Assembly: GCA_031427395.1 (NCBI GenBank)
Contig: JANPNJ010000342.1
Coordinates: 1 to 33,714 of the forward strand
Direction: 5' to 3'
Source: Burkholderiales bacterium
GTDB lineage: Bacteria; Pseudomonadota; Gammaproteobacteria; Burkholderiales; Usitatibacteraceae
Length of the DNA: 33,714 bases
The number at the start of each line of letters is the position of its first letter. Within the stretch, counting starts at the first letter, position 1. The translations under genes were made by a program, and so were the position numbers. The notes beneath the pieces are model-generated. The model did not search any database. It saw only the letters and a program-made list of their open reading frames with translations, and was not told the origin of the DNA. Below are positions 10,075 to 18,386 of this stretch, piece after piece.

Positions 10075-10404
10075 ATGATTGATCCCGTGGCAGCACAGCT
10101 TGAAGCCTACAACGCGCATGATGTCAAGGCATTCATGGCCAATTACACCGACGACTGCATTGTCGAGGACGGCGCGGGCAACCGGCAACTCACCGGTGCC
10201 ACCGAGATGCGCGCGCGTTATGAGGCGCTGTTTGCCGCCTCGCCAACATTGCATGCCGCCATCGTCAGCCGCATTCGCATCGGCGAATATGTGATCGACG
10301 AAGAAGCCATCACCGGGCGGGTGCCCGATTTGCGCCGCGCGGTGGCGGTGTATCACCTGCGCGGCGACAAGATCGACCATGTGCGGTTTTACCGGGAAGC
10401 CTGA
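10075..10404 (+). CDS. NTF2-like (SnoaL/steroid delta-isomerase-like) small protein
   Basis: 109 aa. Size and pattern (AYNAHDVKAFMANYTDDCIVED ... VAVYHLRGDKIDHVRFY) are typical of nuclear-transport-factor-2 fold proteins. Function unknown. Confidence 0.6.
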   Translation: MIDPVAAQLEAYNAHDVKAFMANYTDDCIVEDGAGNRQLTGATEMRARYEALFAASPTLHAAIVSRIRIGEYVIDEEAITGRVPDLRRAVAVYHLRGDKIDHVRFYREA

Positions 10405-10409
10405 CGCGC

Positions 10410-10997
10410 GTGGCGGCATTGTCCCTGCTGAAACTCGAATCCGAACGGCTGTGGCTGAGTTTGCCGCGACCGGAAATGGCGGCGGCGGCACACGCTTTTC
10501 ATGTGCGGGCGTGGCCGCATCTGGCGCGCTGGTTCCCGCCGGTGCCGCCTGATTTTGAGCAACTCTCCTATTGGCAGGAGGCGGTCGTCAAGGCAAGCGA
10601 CGCGTTTATCCAGGGCAGCGCCGTGCGTCTGTGGTTGTCGCCCAAATCCGCGCCGGATGAGGTGATCGGCACCATCGGTTTCTCGCAAATATTCCGCGGG
10701 CCGTTTTGCAATGCGGTGCTCGGCTACCAAATCGATCAGGCGCACGAGGGACAGGGCCTGATGCATGAAGCGCTGTGCGTGGCGATTGACCACATGTTCC
10801 GCGAGCAAAAATTGCACCGCATCAACGCCAACTATCGCCCCGAAAACGCCCGCAGCGGCCGCCTGCTGGCCAGACTCGGCTTTCATATTGACGGCTACGC
10901 GCAAAAATATTTGTATGTGGACGGCGACTGGCGCGACCATATCCAGACTTCGTTGATCAACGACAGATTTCGGTCGGAGTGGTTGACGGTTAAATGA
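10410..10997 (+). CDS. rimJ: Ribosomal-protein-S5-alanine N-acetyltransferase RimJ-like GNAT
   Basis: 195 aa, GTG start. Collinear with E. coli RimJ as recalled (LESERLWL..., GYQIDQAHEGQGLMHEAL, HRINANYRPENARSGRLLARLGFHIDGYAQKYLYVDGDWRDH). Confidence 0.8.
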   Translation: MAALSLLKLESERLWLSLPRPEMAAAAHAFHVRAWPHLARWFPPVPPDFEQLSYWQEAVVKASDAFIQGSAVRLWLSPKSAPDEVIGTIGFSQIFRGPFCNAVLGYQIDQAHEGQGLMHEALCVAIDHMFREQKLHRINANYRPENARSGRLLARLGFHIDGYAQKYLYVDGDWRDHIQTSLINDRFRSEWLTVK

Positions 10998-11041
10998 AAT
11001 GTTTCAGACATTCAACCCTCACTGACAATTTTCGCCCCCAG

Positions 11042-11479
11042 TCAGAGAAACACCGCCGCTGACACACCGAATCTGTTTGCCAGCGCCTTCGCCTGCCGTG
11101 CATTTATGGCGCGCTTGCCATTCAAAATCTCACTCACCACCCCTTGTGAACCGATCTCGGCTTTCAAGTCGGATTGTGTCAGGTCGTGTTGCTCCATGAG
11201 AAATTTGAGAACAGCTCCGGATTCCACGTCAGGCACAGGCATCGCCTGATGCTCGTACTGCTCAATCAGCGCCGCCACGACATCAAGCAACTTGGAAAGC
11301 GGATGACGCTCATTGCCGCCGATTTCATCCACCAATTTATCAGCAACAGCCACTAAATTCCTGTACTGTTTTTGATTTTGCACCGGTCCAAGACCAAGCC
11401 TGCCATGCAGGACATTCCACGCGTCGTATAAATCGTGGAATTCCCGTGGACGAGATGCAGTCACCGAACTAATATTCAT
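11042..11479 (-). CDS. higA: Type II antitoxin HigA (C-terminal XRE helix-turn-helix)
   Basis: C-terminal HTH LTQSDLKAEIGSQGVVSEILNGKRAINARQAKALANRFGVSAAVFL. ATG 11477-11479 overlaps the higB stop (ATGA). An upstream in-frame ATG at 11491 is the alternative start. Confidence 0.85.
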   Translation of the reverse strand: MNISSVTASRPREFHDLYDAWNVLHGRLGLGPVQNQKQYRNLVAVADKLVDEIGGNERHPLSKLLDVVAALIEQYEHQAMPVPDVESGAVLKFLMEQHDLTQSDLKAEIGSQGVVSEILNGKRAINARQAKALANRFGVSAAVFL

Positions 11480-11763
11480 TTTGGTTTCCATTTTCCCCGA
11501 TCATACTCGACGTGGGTAAGCACATGACGGATATAGAGTATTTGCGCACGAAACTTGATCGCTGCCACAAGCCGACAAGACCTGCCAATATTAAAGACAT
11601 ACAGCCCATCAACCAAATCAACCTGAACAAAAGTTTTTTTGACATCACCCGGGTTTTGAAATTTTGAAAGCTTGACAATTTTGTACCAAGTTGTCAGTGC
11701 TGAACAAGTTTCCGGGTGAATATTGCAGAATTCCTGAATTCGACTTCTTGTAATTACTCGCAT
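11476..11763 (-). CDS. higB: Type II toxin HigB (mRNA interferase family)
   Basis: 95 aa from ATG 11763 (AAGGAG 7 nt upstream). Sequence MRVITRSRIQEFCNIHPE...WYKIV...FQNPGDVKKTF...VFNIGRSCRLVAAIKFRAQILYIRHVLTHVEYD matches the HigB-toxin family pattern. Toxin-first order is typical of higBA. Confidence 0.88.
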   Translation of the reverse strand: MRVITRSRIQEFCNIHPETCSALTTWYKIVKLSKFQNPGDVKKTFVQVDLVDGLYVFNIGRSCRLVAAIKFRAQILYIRHVLTHVEYDRGKWKPK

Positions 11764-11851
11764 TGCAAAACTCCTTACCGGCATGCCCGAAGCGGCGGCG
11801 ACCCACCGCACGGCAAAAATTAAATGGGTTCATGTCATCTCTCCGATTTTT

Positions 11852-11879
11852 CTTGTCTGGGTTTGCTTGTCTGGGTTTG
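11852..11879. repeat. Perfect 14-bp tandem direct repeat (CTTGTCTGGGTTTG x2) in the higBA leader
   Basis: Read directly: 11852-11865 and 11866-11879 are identical. Lies between the predicted higBA promoter and the higB start. Confidence 0.9.
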
Positions 11880-11908
11880 CACAAAATCACCTAAGTCATA
11901 CAAGATGC

Positions 11909-11937
11909 ATATTATCTCATAATGAGATTATTGTCAA
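11909..11937 (-). promoter_or_regulatory. Predicted sigma70 promoter of higBA with palindromic operator in the spacer
   Basis: Minus strand reads TTGACA (11937-11932), a 17-nt spacer, then TAATAT (11914-11909). The spacer and -10 are covered by the imperfect 21-bp palindrome ATAATCTCAT-T-ATGAGATAAT (11911-11931, 10+1+10 with one mismatch per arm pair). The layout resembles autoregulated TA operators. Confidence 0.6.
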
Positions 11938-11965
11938 TCGATATTTCAAGTCATGCCGCCTCCCC

Positions 11966-11997
11966 AAAAAAAAAGCCGCTAACCACAGCGGCTTTTT
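11966..11997 (-). terminator. Rho-independent terminator downstream of fccB
   Basis: Minus strand has stem AGCCGCT/AGCGGCT (7 bp, outermost an A-T pair; 11975-11980 pairs with 11987-11992, plus the flanking A/T), loop GTGGTT, then a 9-T run (A9 at 11966-11974 on plus). Begins 23 nt after the fccB stop. Confidence 0.8.
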
Positions 11998-12019
11998 CCC
12001 TATTGGCAAACAACCAATT

Positions 12020-13294
12020 TCACCCCAGCGTATCCGCCCAGATATTTTTCGCCCACGACATGGCGTATTGCGCTTCCAATTCATTGGCGGCACTGGACAC
12101 TCCACCCGAACCAGGAACGGCGCGCATGGTTTTGTCTTTCTCGTCGTATTTGTGGATGGAGGCGACGTGCACCACTTTGTCGGCGGAAACAAACGAATAA
12201 CAGGTGTTGTTGAGGGTCGGGCTTGGATTGGGCTGCTCCCCCGCCAACATTGCCACCACCGCCGCGGCACAGGCTTTGCCGTGGTTGTTGGCCATATGCG
12301 CCGATTTGGGCATGGCCGGGGCAATCTGCAAGGCATCGCCGAGCAAATGCACACCAGGCACGTTCTTGGCTTCATAGGTCAGCCAATTCACTTCACACCA
12401 ACGCTTGTTGGCGGTGATGAATGGGCTGGCAATGTTGCCCGCTTTCATCGGCGGCAGGGCGTTGAGCACATCGGCCTTGACATCGCCGAATTCGAGCTTG
12501 GCGGTGGATGTTTTGGTGTCCACATCGATCAACTTTGACGCACCGCGGTATTCGACCATGCCGGGATACATGTCGGCCCAGGCTTTTTTGAACAAGCCGG
12601 GCTTGGAGGTGACATCCATGTTGGCGTCGAGGATCAGCACCTTGGATTTTGGCTTGGCTTTTTTGAAATAACTGGCGACCTGGCAGGCGCGCTCATACGG
12701 GCCAGGCGGGCAGCGATACGGCGCCTCGGGAATGGCAATGGCATACACACCGCCATCGGGCATGTCTTCGAGTTGTTTGCGCAGGGCCAGCGTTTGCGGG
12801 CCGGCTTTCCAGGCGTGCAGATAACGCGCCTGGGCATCGGCGTTGTTCAGCCCCGGCAGCGCCTCGTACATGAAATCAATGCCAGGCGAGAGGATCACCC
12901 GGTCAAACGCAAGCGCTTGCCCACCCGCCAGCCGCACCACTTTCTTTTCCATGTCCACCGCGGTGGCTTCGCCGCGAATGACTTTCACCCCATATTTTTT
13001 TTGCAGTGTGTCGTAGCTGACGGTGATGTCAGCCATGGTTTGTGTGCCGCCCAGCACCAGGTTTGAGATCGGACAGGATATAAACGAGGCGTTGCGTTCA
13101 ATGATGGTGACATCGACATTGGGGCTCCACAGCTTGATGTATTTGGCCGCTGTCGCGCCACCATAGCCGCCACCAACTATGACCACTTTGGGGCCGCCGC
13201 CGCCCACCGCCGCACAACCGGCGAATGTGGCCACACCACCTGCCGCCGCCATCACACCACTGGCCTGGAGAAATTTTCTGCGATTGATTGTCAT
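12020..13294 (-). CDS. fccB: Flavocytochrome c sulfide dehydrogenase, FAD-binding subunit (FccB/SoxF type)
   Basis: 424 aa with Tat signal (INRRKFLQASGVMAAAGG) and Rossmann motif VVIVGGGYGGATAAKY. FCSD-like features follow (FISCPISN, YRCPPGPYERA, HLLGDA). GGAGAA RBS overlaps the fccA stop. Confidence 0.8.
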   Translation of the reverse strand: MTINRRKFLQASGVMAAAGGVATFAGCAAVGGGGPKVVIVGGGYGGATAAKYIKLWSPNVDVTIIERNASFISCPISNLVLGGTQTMADITVSYDTLQKKYGVKVIRGEATAVDMEKKVVRLAGGQALAFDRVILSPGIDFMYEALPGLNNADAQARYLHAWKAGPQTLALRKQLEDMPDGGVYAIAIPEAPYRCPPGPYERACQVASYFKKAKPKSKVLILDANMDVTSKPGLFKKAWADMYPGMVEYRGASKLIDVDTKTSTAKLEFGDVKADVLNALPPMKAGNIASPFITANKRWCEVNWLTYEAKNVPGVHLLGDALQIAPAMPKSAHMANNHGKACAAAVVAMLAGEQPNPSPTLNNTCYSFVSADKVVHVASIHKYDEKDKTMRAVPGSGGVSSAANELEAQYAMSWAKNIWADTLG

Positions 13295-13303
13295 GTTCTT
13301 CTC

Positions 13304-13690
13304 CTAGCGCTTTTGCGCGGCAAAATAATCGGCCAGGGCGGCGGTTTCGGCATCGCTGTAACCCTTGGCAATCTGGTGCATCAGCGTTGCCTCGCGTTTG
13401 CCGTCTTTGAACAATTTCATCTGGGCAACAAAATAATCCTTGTTGAGCCCGGCCAGCCCGGTTACGGCACCGCCCGCCGACACCCCATTGGTGCCGTGGC
13501 AGGCGGCACAGGTGGCGGCCATCGCGCGCACGCCATTGGGGGTCAGATTGGAGGCGGCAAATGCTGGCGCGGCGGGCGCGGGAGGTGCGGGAGGGGCAGC
13601 GGGTGCGGCGGGAGTTTGGGCGCCAGCCGGAATACCTGCCGTGCCCGCAACCAATAACGCCGTCAAATGCACCAATATTTTCTTTTTCAT
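13304..13690 (-). CDS. fccA: Monoheme cytochrome c subunit of flavocytochrome c (FccA/SoxE type)
   Basis: Track ORF trimmed to ATG 13690. Signal peptide MKKKILVHLTALLVAGTAGIPAGA/Q, then a Pro/Ala linker. Single CAACH heme motif with downstream Met (LMHQIAKGY). Immediately upstream of fccB. Confidence 0.75.
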   Translation of the reverse strand: MKKKILVHLTALLVAGTAGIPAGAQTPAAPAAPPAPPAPAAPAFAASNLTPNGVRAMAATCAACHGTNGVSAGGAVTGLAGLNKDYFVAQMKLFKDGKREATLMHQIAKGYSDAETAALADYFAAQKR

Positions 13691-13833
13691 GTTTCTCCTC
13701 GAATGGGTTGTATTGCTTGCCTGAAATGACGCGGCCATGGCCGGACGGAAATGGGCTGGTTGCCGCAAAAATCGGTGCCGCACTTTTTGAATTGAAACTG
13801 CCTTGCGCCAACTTTACGCCAAAAACGGGTGAC

Positions 13834-16101
13834 TCAACTCTCCTGCACCAGCGGCACTTTTTCCTCACTGATGTCGAGCCTGACTTTATCGTCCACCCCA
13901 ATATCAATGGTTACCTTGCCGCCACCCGCAAGACGGCCGAACAGCAACTCGTCGGCCAGCGCGCGGCGGATGGTGTCCTGGATCAGGCGCGCCATCGGAC
14001 GGGCACCCATTTGCACATCAAAGCCGTTTTTGGCGAGATATTTCTTGAGCGCTTCGGTAAAGGTGACCTCGACCTTCTTCTCCGACAACTGCGCTTCAAG
14101 CTGCATCAGGAATTTGTCCACCACCCGCAAAATGACCTCCTCATTCAGCGGCGCGAACGAAATCATCGCGTCCAGGCGGTTGCGGAATTCAGGCGTGAAC
14201 AGGCGCTTGATCTCGGCCATTTCATCGCCGGCTTTATTGTCATGGGTAAAGCCGATTGAGATTTTTGACAATTCCGCCGCGCCGGCGTTGGTGGTCATGA
14301 TGACGACCACGTTGCGGAAATCCGCCTTGCGGCCGTTGGTGTCGGTGAGCGTGCCATGATCCAGCACCTGCAGCAGCACGTTGAAAATGTCCGGGTGCGC
14401 CTTTTCGATTTCATCGAGCAGCAACACCGAATAAGGTTGCTTGGTGATCGCCTCGGTCAGGAGCCCGCCCTGGTCATAGCCCACATAACCGGGCGGCGCG
14501 CCGATCAGGCGCGACACCGCATGGCGCTCCATGTATTCGGACATGTCAAAGCGCAGCAGCTCGACCCCGAGCACAAACGCCAGTTGTTTGGCGACCTCGG
14601 TCTTGCCCACACCGGTGGGGCCGGAAAACAGGAACGAACCGATGGGCTTGGTGGTGCTGCCCAGGCCGGAGCGCGCCATTTTGATCGCGGAGGCCAGCGC
14701 GTCGATGGCCTTGTCCTGGCCAAACACCACCGATTTCAAATCGCGGTCGAGTGTTTTCAGCGCGCTGCGGTCATTGGAGGACACATTGCGCGCCGGAATG
14801 CGGGCAATCTTGGCAATGATTTCCTCGATCTCGGTCTTGCCAATGGTTTTTTTCTGTTTCGATTTGGGTGCGATACGCTGTGCGGCACCCGCCTCGTCGA
14901 TGACATCAATTGCCTTGTCGGGCAAGTGGCGGTCGTTGATGTATTTGGCGGACAGCTCCGCCGCCGTGGTCAGCGCGGTGGAAGTGTATTTCACGCCGTG
15001 GTGCGACTCAAAACGTGACTTCAGCCCCTTGAGGATTTCGATGGTCTCGGTGATCGAAGGCTCGTTGACATCGATTTTCTGGAAGCGGCGCGACAGGGCA
15101 TGGTCTTTTTCAAACACCCCGCGATACTCCAGATAGGTGGTCGCGCCGATGCATTTCAATTTCCCCGATGACAACGCCGGCTTCAACAAATTGGAGGCGT
15201 CCAGGGTGCCGCCGGATGCCGAGCCGGCACCAATCAGCGTGTGGATTTCGTCAATGAACAACACCGCATTGGGATTGTCGGTGAGTTGCTTCAGCACCGC
15301 TTTCAGGCGTTGCTCAAAATCGCCGCGATACTTGGTGCCGGCCAGCAACGCACCCATGTCGAGTGAATAAACCTGCGACTTTTCCAGGATTTCCGGCACC
15401 TGGCCATCCACAATGCGTTTGGCCAGGCCTTCGGCAATCGCCGTCTTGCCCACCCCTGCCTCGCCCACCAACAGCGGATTGTTCTTGCGGCGGCGGCACA
15501 GAATCTGGATCACCCGCTCGACTTCGAGTTCGCGGCCGATCAAGGGGTCAATCTTGCCGTCAATGGCGCTCTGGTTGAGGTTTTGGGTAAATTGCTCGAG
15601 TGCACCACCGGCTTCGGCGCCTTCGGCAGCCTCCCCTTCGGCTTCCGCTTTTTCGGGGTGTTGCGGTGCCGCCTTGGAAATGCCGTGGGAAATGAAATTC
15701 ACCACATCCAGCCGCGACACCCCCTGCTGGTGCAGGTAATACACCGCATGTGAATCCTTTTCGCCATAAATCGCCACCATGACATTGGCACCCATCACTT
15801 CTTTTTTGCCGGCCGACTGGACATGCAAGATTGCACGCTGGATCACCCGCTGGAAACCCAGCGTAGGCTGGGTATTCACCTCACCCGTGCCGGCCACAAT
15901 CGGCGTGTGCTGCTCGATGAATTCGGCAAGGTTTTTTCTCAGGTCATCGACTTTCGCCGAACAAGCCTTGAGCACCTCCTGTGCCGACGGGTTGTCGAGC
16001 AATGCCAACAACAGGTGCTCTACGGTGATGAACTCGTGGCGTTTGTGCCGGGCTTCGACAAACGCGGTATGCAGGCTCAGTTCGAGTTCATGGGCAATCA
16101 T
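13834..16101 (-). CDS. clpA: ATP-dependent Clp protease ATP-binding subunit ClpA
   Basis: 755 aa with a Clp N-domain ([35 protein letters not shown]). Two AAA+ modules are present ([13 protein letters not shown] ... LFIDEIH; [13 protein letters not shown] ... [10 protein letters not shown]). Preceded by clpS. Confidence 0.97.
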   Translation of the reverse strand: MIAHELELSLHTAFVEARHKRHEFITVEHLLLALLDNPSAQEVLKACSAKVDDLRKNLAEFIEQHTPIVAGTGEVNTQPTLGFQRVIQRAILHVQSAGKKEVMGANVMVAIYGEKDSHAVYYLHQQGVSRLDVVNFISHGISKAAPQHPEKAEAEGEAAEGAEAGGALEQFTQNLNQSAIDGKIDPLIGRELEVERVIQILCRRRKNNPLLVGEAGVGKTAIAEGLAKRIVDGQVPEILEKSQVYSLDMGALLAGTKYRGDFEQRLKAVLKQLTDNPNAVLFIDEIHTLIGAGSASGGTLDASNLLKPALSSGKLKCIGATTYLEYRGVFEKDHALSRRFQKIDVNEPSITETIEILKGLKSRFESHHGVKYTSTALTTAAELSAKYINDRHLPDKAIDVIDEAGAAQRIAPKSKQKKTIGKTEIEEIIAKIARIPARNVSSNDRSALKTLDRDLKSVVFGQDKAIDALASAIKMARSGLGSTTKPIGSFLFSGPTGVGKTEVAKQLAFVLGVELLRFDMSEYMERHAVSRLIGAPPGYVGYDQGGLLTEAITKQPYSVLLLDEIEKAHPDIFNVLLQVLDHGTLTDTNGRKADFRNVVVIMTTNAGAAELSKISIGFTHDNKAGDEMAEIKRLFTPEFRNRLDAMISFAPLNEEVILRVVDKFLMQLEAQLSEKKVEVTFTEALKKYLAKNGFDVQMGARPMARLIQDTIRRALADELLFGRLAGGGKVTIDIGVDDKVRLDISEEKVPLVQES

Positions 16102-16229
16102 GTTGATCCTTTGCTTGGTTCATAGGCTGTGATGCGTTGCCGGAAATTTCTGCTTGACACCCGGCGGGTCCGGCCTTGCCCGCACAGTCATCACATTGGG
16201 GCAATCCAGCAATTATCATGCCCAATACA

Positions 16230-16562
16230 CTACACCTCTTCCATACTGCAACGCAGGGGATGCTCATGTTTTCTTGCCAAATCCATGACCTGCTCGACTT
16301 TCATGGCCGCCACGTCGCGGGGGAAAATCCCGCAAGTGCCGCGCCCTTCTGTATGCACCTGAAGCATTATTTGCGTTGCGCGTTCCTGGCTATGGCCGAA
16401 AATGCGGGTCAAAATATCGACTACAAACTCCATAGGCGTGTAATCGTCGTTATACATCAGCACCTGCCACATCGCCGGAGGCTTGGTTTTGGCGGGTTTT
16501 TCCTGCAACGCCGTGCCACCTTTGGCGGGGTTGGTATTGCCGTTTTGGGACTGGTTTGCCAT
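16230..16562 (-). CDS. clpS: ATP-dependent Clp protease adaptor ClpS
   Basis: 110 aa. Conserved core [48 protein letters not shown]. Upstream of clpA. Confidence 0.93.
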   Translation of the reverse strand: MANQSQNGNTNPAKGGTALQEKPAKTKPPAMWQVLMYNDDYTPMEFVVDILTRIFGHSQERATQIMLQVHTEGRGTCGIFPRDVAAMKVEQVMDLARKHEHPLRCSMEEV

Positions 16563-16720
16563 TTCAGGGTTCAGGTTAAAAACAGGTTGTCAGACGGAAA
16601 TTCCGTTTGCCAATAATATGGACAAGTGCCTCCACATTTCAACCCCGCTCCGGGAAACAGGCAAAATAAGGTCAAATTTGCAAATTCACCACGCTTTGTT
16701 GTGAAAAAGCCGGTAAAATG

Positions 16721-16749
16721 TTGACTAAGTTCACTTTAGTAAGTACAAA
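16721..16749 (+). promoter_or_regulatory. Candidate promoter for the cold-shock gene (would give a ~110-nt 5' UTR)
   Basis: TTGACT (16721-16726), a 17-nt spacer, then TACAAA (16744-16749), in the AT-richer 303-bp clpS/csp divergent region. Long 5' UTRs are typical of cspA-type genes. Weak -10, so low confidence. Confidence 0.3.
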
Positions 16750-16865
16750 GTGGACTTGGAGTTTAGCTTTAAGGTTTTCTGCATTTGCATCTGCGGTTGC
16801 GGGCCTTGAAAAGCGAAATATTTCCGGGGCTCTCCAACCCGTCTTTTCATTAAGGATGCATTTGT

Positions 16866-17069
16866 ATGGCAACAGGTACAGTTAAATGGTTCAACGACGC
16901 CAAAGGTTATGGCTTCATTACACCCGATGATGGCAGCGAAGATCTTTTCGCGCATTTCTCGGCAATCCAAATGAATGGCTTCAAGACCCTCAAAGAAGGT
17001 CAAAAAGTCGCATTTGAAGTGACACAAGGCCCTAAGGGCAAACAAGCATCAAATATCAACAACGGATAA
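16866..17069 (+). CDS. cspA: Cold-shock protein, CspA family
   Basis: 67 aa: [34 protein letters not shown], containing the RNP1 (KGYGFI) and RNP2 (LFAHF) motifs. Confidence 0.95.
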   Translation: MATGTVKWFNDAKGYGFITPDDGSEDLFAHFSAIQMNGFKTLKEGQKVAFEVTQGPKGKQASNINNG

Positions 17070-17092
17070 GTTTTTCCGTTCTTGTGTCCACC

Positions 17093-17130
17093 AAAAACCC
17101 CCTCAGTGAACCTGCGGGGGTTTTTGTTTT
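17093..17130 (+). terminator. Rho-independent terminator after the cold-shock gene
   Basis: AAAAACCCCC (17093-17102), a 13-nt loop, then GGGGGTTTTT (17116-17125) continuing GTTTT. Confidence 0.8.
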
Positions 17131-17166
17131 GGTGCCCGCTTGCTCCGTGACCGCCGGATTCGGCCC

Positions 17167-17721
17167 ATGCTGATTGCCTTCAACAAGCCCTATGGCGTGA
17201 TCAGCCAATTCAGCCCGTCAGGAAACAAGCCCACCCTCAAAGATTTCATCTCGCACCCCGACGTTTATCCGGCTGGCAGGCTGGATACCGACAGCGAGGG
17301 CCTGATGTTGCTGACCGACGATGGCATCCTGCAGGCGCGCATCACCAGTCCACGCCAACAATTGGCCAAGACCTACTGGGCAGAAGTGGAAGGCATTGCC
17401 ACCGATGCCGCGATGGCGTTGCTGCTGACACCACTGGATCTTGGCGACTTTGTTTCCGCTCCGGCTCTTGGTGCAAGCCTCATCGCGCCGCCTGATCTCT
17501 GGCCACGGACACCGCCGGTGCGTTATCGCGCCGCCATACCGACCACATGGATTGAAATCACCATCACCGAAGGCAAGAATCGGCAAATTCGCCGCATGAC
17601 GGCAATGGTGGGTTTTCCCACATTGCGCCTGGTGAGGGTTGCCATTGGCCGCATTGTCTTGCACTCTGCCGCGCTGTCACCGGGGAAATCGATGGTGGTT
17701 TTGCCGGAAAATCTGTTCTGA
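17167..17721 (+). CDS. rluE: 23S rRNA pseudouridine synthase RluE (RsuA/RluE family)
   Basis: ATG 17167 preferred to track TTG 17140. Matches include MLIAFNKPYGVISQF, catalytic AGRLDTDSEGLMLLTDDG, KTYWAEVEG and GKNRQIRRMTAMVGFPTLRLVRVAIG, collinear with E. coli RluE as recalled. Confidence 0.88.
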   Translation: MLIAFNKPYGVISQFSPSGNKPTLKDFISHPDVYPAGRLDTDSEGLMLLTDDGILQARITSPRQQLAKTYWAEVEGIATDAAMALLLTPLDLGDFVSAPALGASLIAPPDLWPRTPPVRYRAAIPTTWIEITITEGKNRQIRRMTAMVGFPTLRLVRVAIGRIVLHSAALSPGKSMVVLPENLF

Positions 17722-17931
17722 TGCGGGAATTTAGCCCCTCTTTACGCTAAAAACCGTGCAAAAAGAACAACTTAAACCGAAAATCGCAATTAATTAGTTC
17801 CATTTTCTTGTCAACCAGCTAAAATACCCGGCGTTAATTCCCGTGACAGGCAAAAGGATCACTGCCTTCAAAGCCAGTTCCAAGCTGCTGTCGTTAACGT
17901 TTACCACACTCACTCACCATTAGGAAACACA

Positions 17932-18267
17932 ATGAAAAAATTGTCCGCTATTGTTGCTGGTCTTTTCGCCGCTGCCGCATTGAATGCCGCCGCCCAAGCT
18001 CCTGCTGCCGCTCCAGCAAAAGCCGCTGAACCTGCCAAAGCTGCTGCACCTGCCGCTGCCGCACCTGCCAAAGCTGCCGCGCCTGCCGCTGCTGCAGCTG
18101 CACCTGCCAAAGCAGATGTGAAAAAAGAAGAAAAGAAAGCTGAAAAGAAAGCCAAAAAAGACGAAGCCAAAAAAGACGCGCCTAAGAAAGATGCACCAAA
18201 GAAAGACGCGCCTAAGAAAGACGAAGCTAAAAAAGACGACGCAAAAAAAGACGCGCCTAAGAAGTAA
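17932..18267 (+). CDS. Secreted low-complexity Ala/Pro/Lys-rich protein (hypothetical)
   Basis: 111 aa. Signal peptide [24 protein letters not shown], then (P)AKAAxPA-type repeats, then a [10 protein letters not shown] repeat tail. RBS AGGAAA lies upstream and a strong terminator downstream, which argues for a real gene. Confidence 0.65.
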   Translation: MKKLSAIVAGLFAAAALNAAAQAPAAAPAKAAEPAKAAAPAAAAPAKAAAPAAAAAAPAKADVKKEEKKAEKKAKKDEAKKDAPKKDAPKKDAPKKDEAKKDDAKKDAPKK

Positions 18268-18306
18268 TGCCAAGCAGGCCGCAAGCCTGCCTGCTGCTGC
18301 TTCAGC

Positions 18307-18337
18307 AAAAGGGCACCTTCGGGTGCCCTTTTTGTTT
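18307..18337 (+). terminator. Rho-independent terminator
   Basis: GGGCACC (18311-18317), TTCG loop, GGTGCCC (18322-18328), then TTTTTGTTT. A second hairpin GCAGGC-CGCAA-GCCTGC lies at 18274-18290. Confidence 0.85.
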
Positions 18338-18386
18338 CCGGCGAACATCGCCTATTCCTACTCCAACATTCCAGCATAATTTCCGC

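Noticed and set aside
11645-11890. 81-aa ORF in the higBA leader, with an internal ATG at 11833 preceded by GGAGAG
   Set aside because: It overlaps higB out of frame for more than 100 nt and has no recognisable features. It is kept only as a note under the higBA leader finding.
13732-13743. 12-bp palindrome CGGCCATGGCCG upstream of fccA
   Set aside because: It is a GC-rich palindrome of this length in GC-rich DNA, with no partner motif, and is easily explained by chance.
13762-13783. Sigma-54-like element upstream of fccA (minus strand CGGCACCGATTTTTGCGG)
   Set aside because: The GG-to-GC spacing is one nucleotide longer than the strict TGGCAC-N5-TTGC geometry, so I do not call it.
13098-13907. 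269-aa minus-strand ORF crossing the fccB/fccA junction and reaching the clpA end
   Set aside because: It is out of frame with the fccA and fccB reading frames, which have signal peptides, heme/FAD motifs and RBSs. It would have to overlap three real genes.
17797-17825. Candidate promoter for the Ala/Pro/Lys protein gene (GTTCCA-17-TAAAAT, or TTGTCA at 17808)
   Set aside because: The good -10 and the good -35 are not correctly spaced relative to each other, so I could not assemble a convincing promoter.
18112-18264. Short periodic repeats that could superficially suggest a repeat array such as CRISPR
   Set aside because: The 15-bp units are contiguous with no spacers, lie inside a coding frame (KKDAP), and no cas genes are present.
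17910-18377. 155-aa and 142-aa minus-strand ORFs over the Ala/Pro/Lys repeat gene
   Set aside because: They are mirror ORFs generated by the low-complexity repeat. The plus-strand frame has the signal peptide, RBS and terminator.
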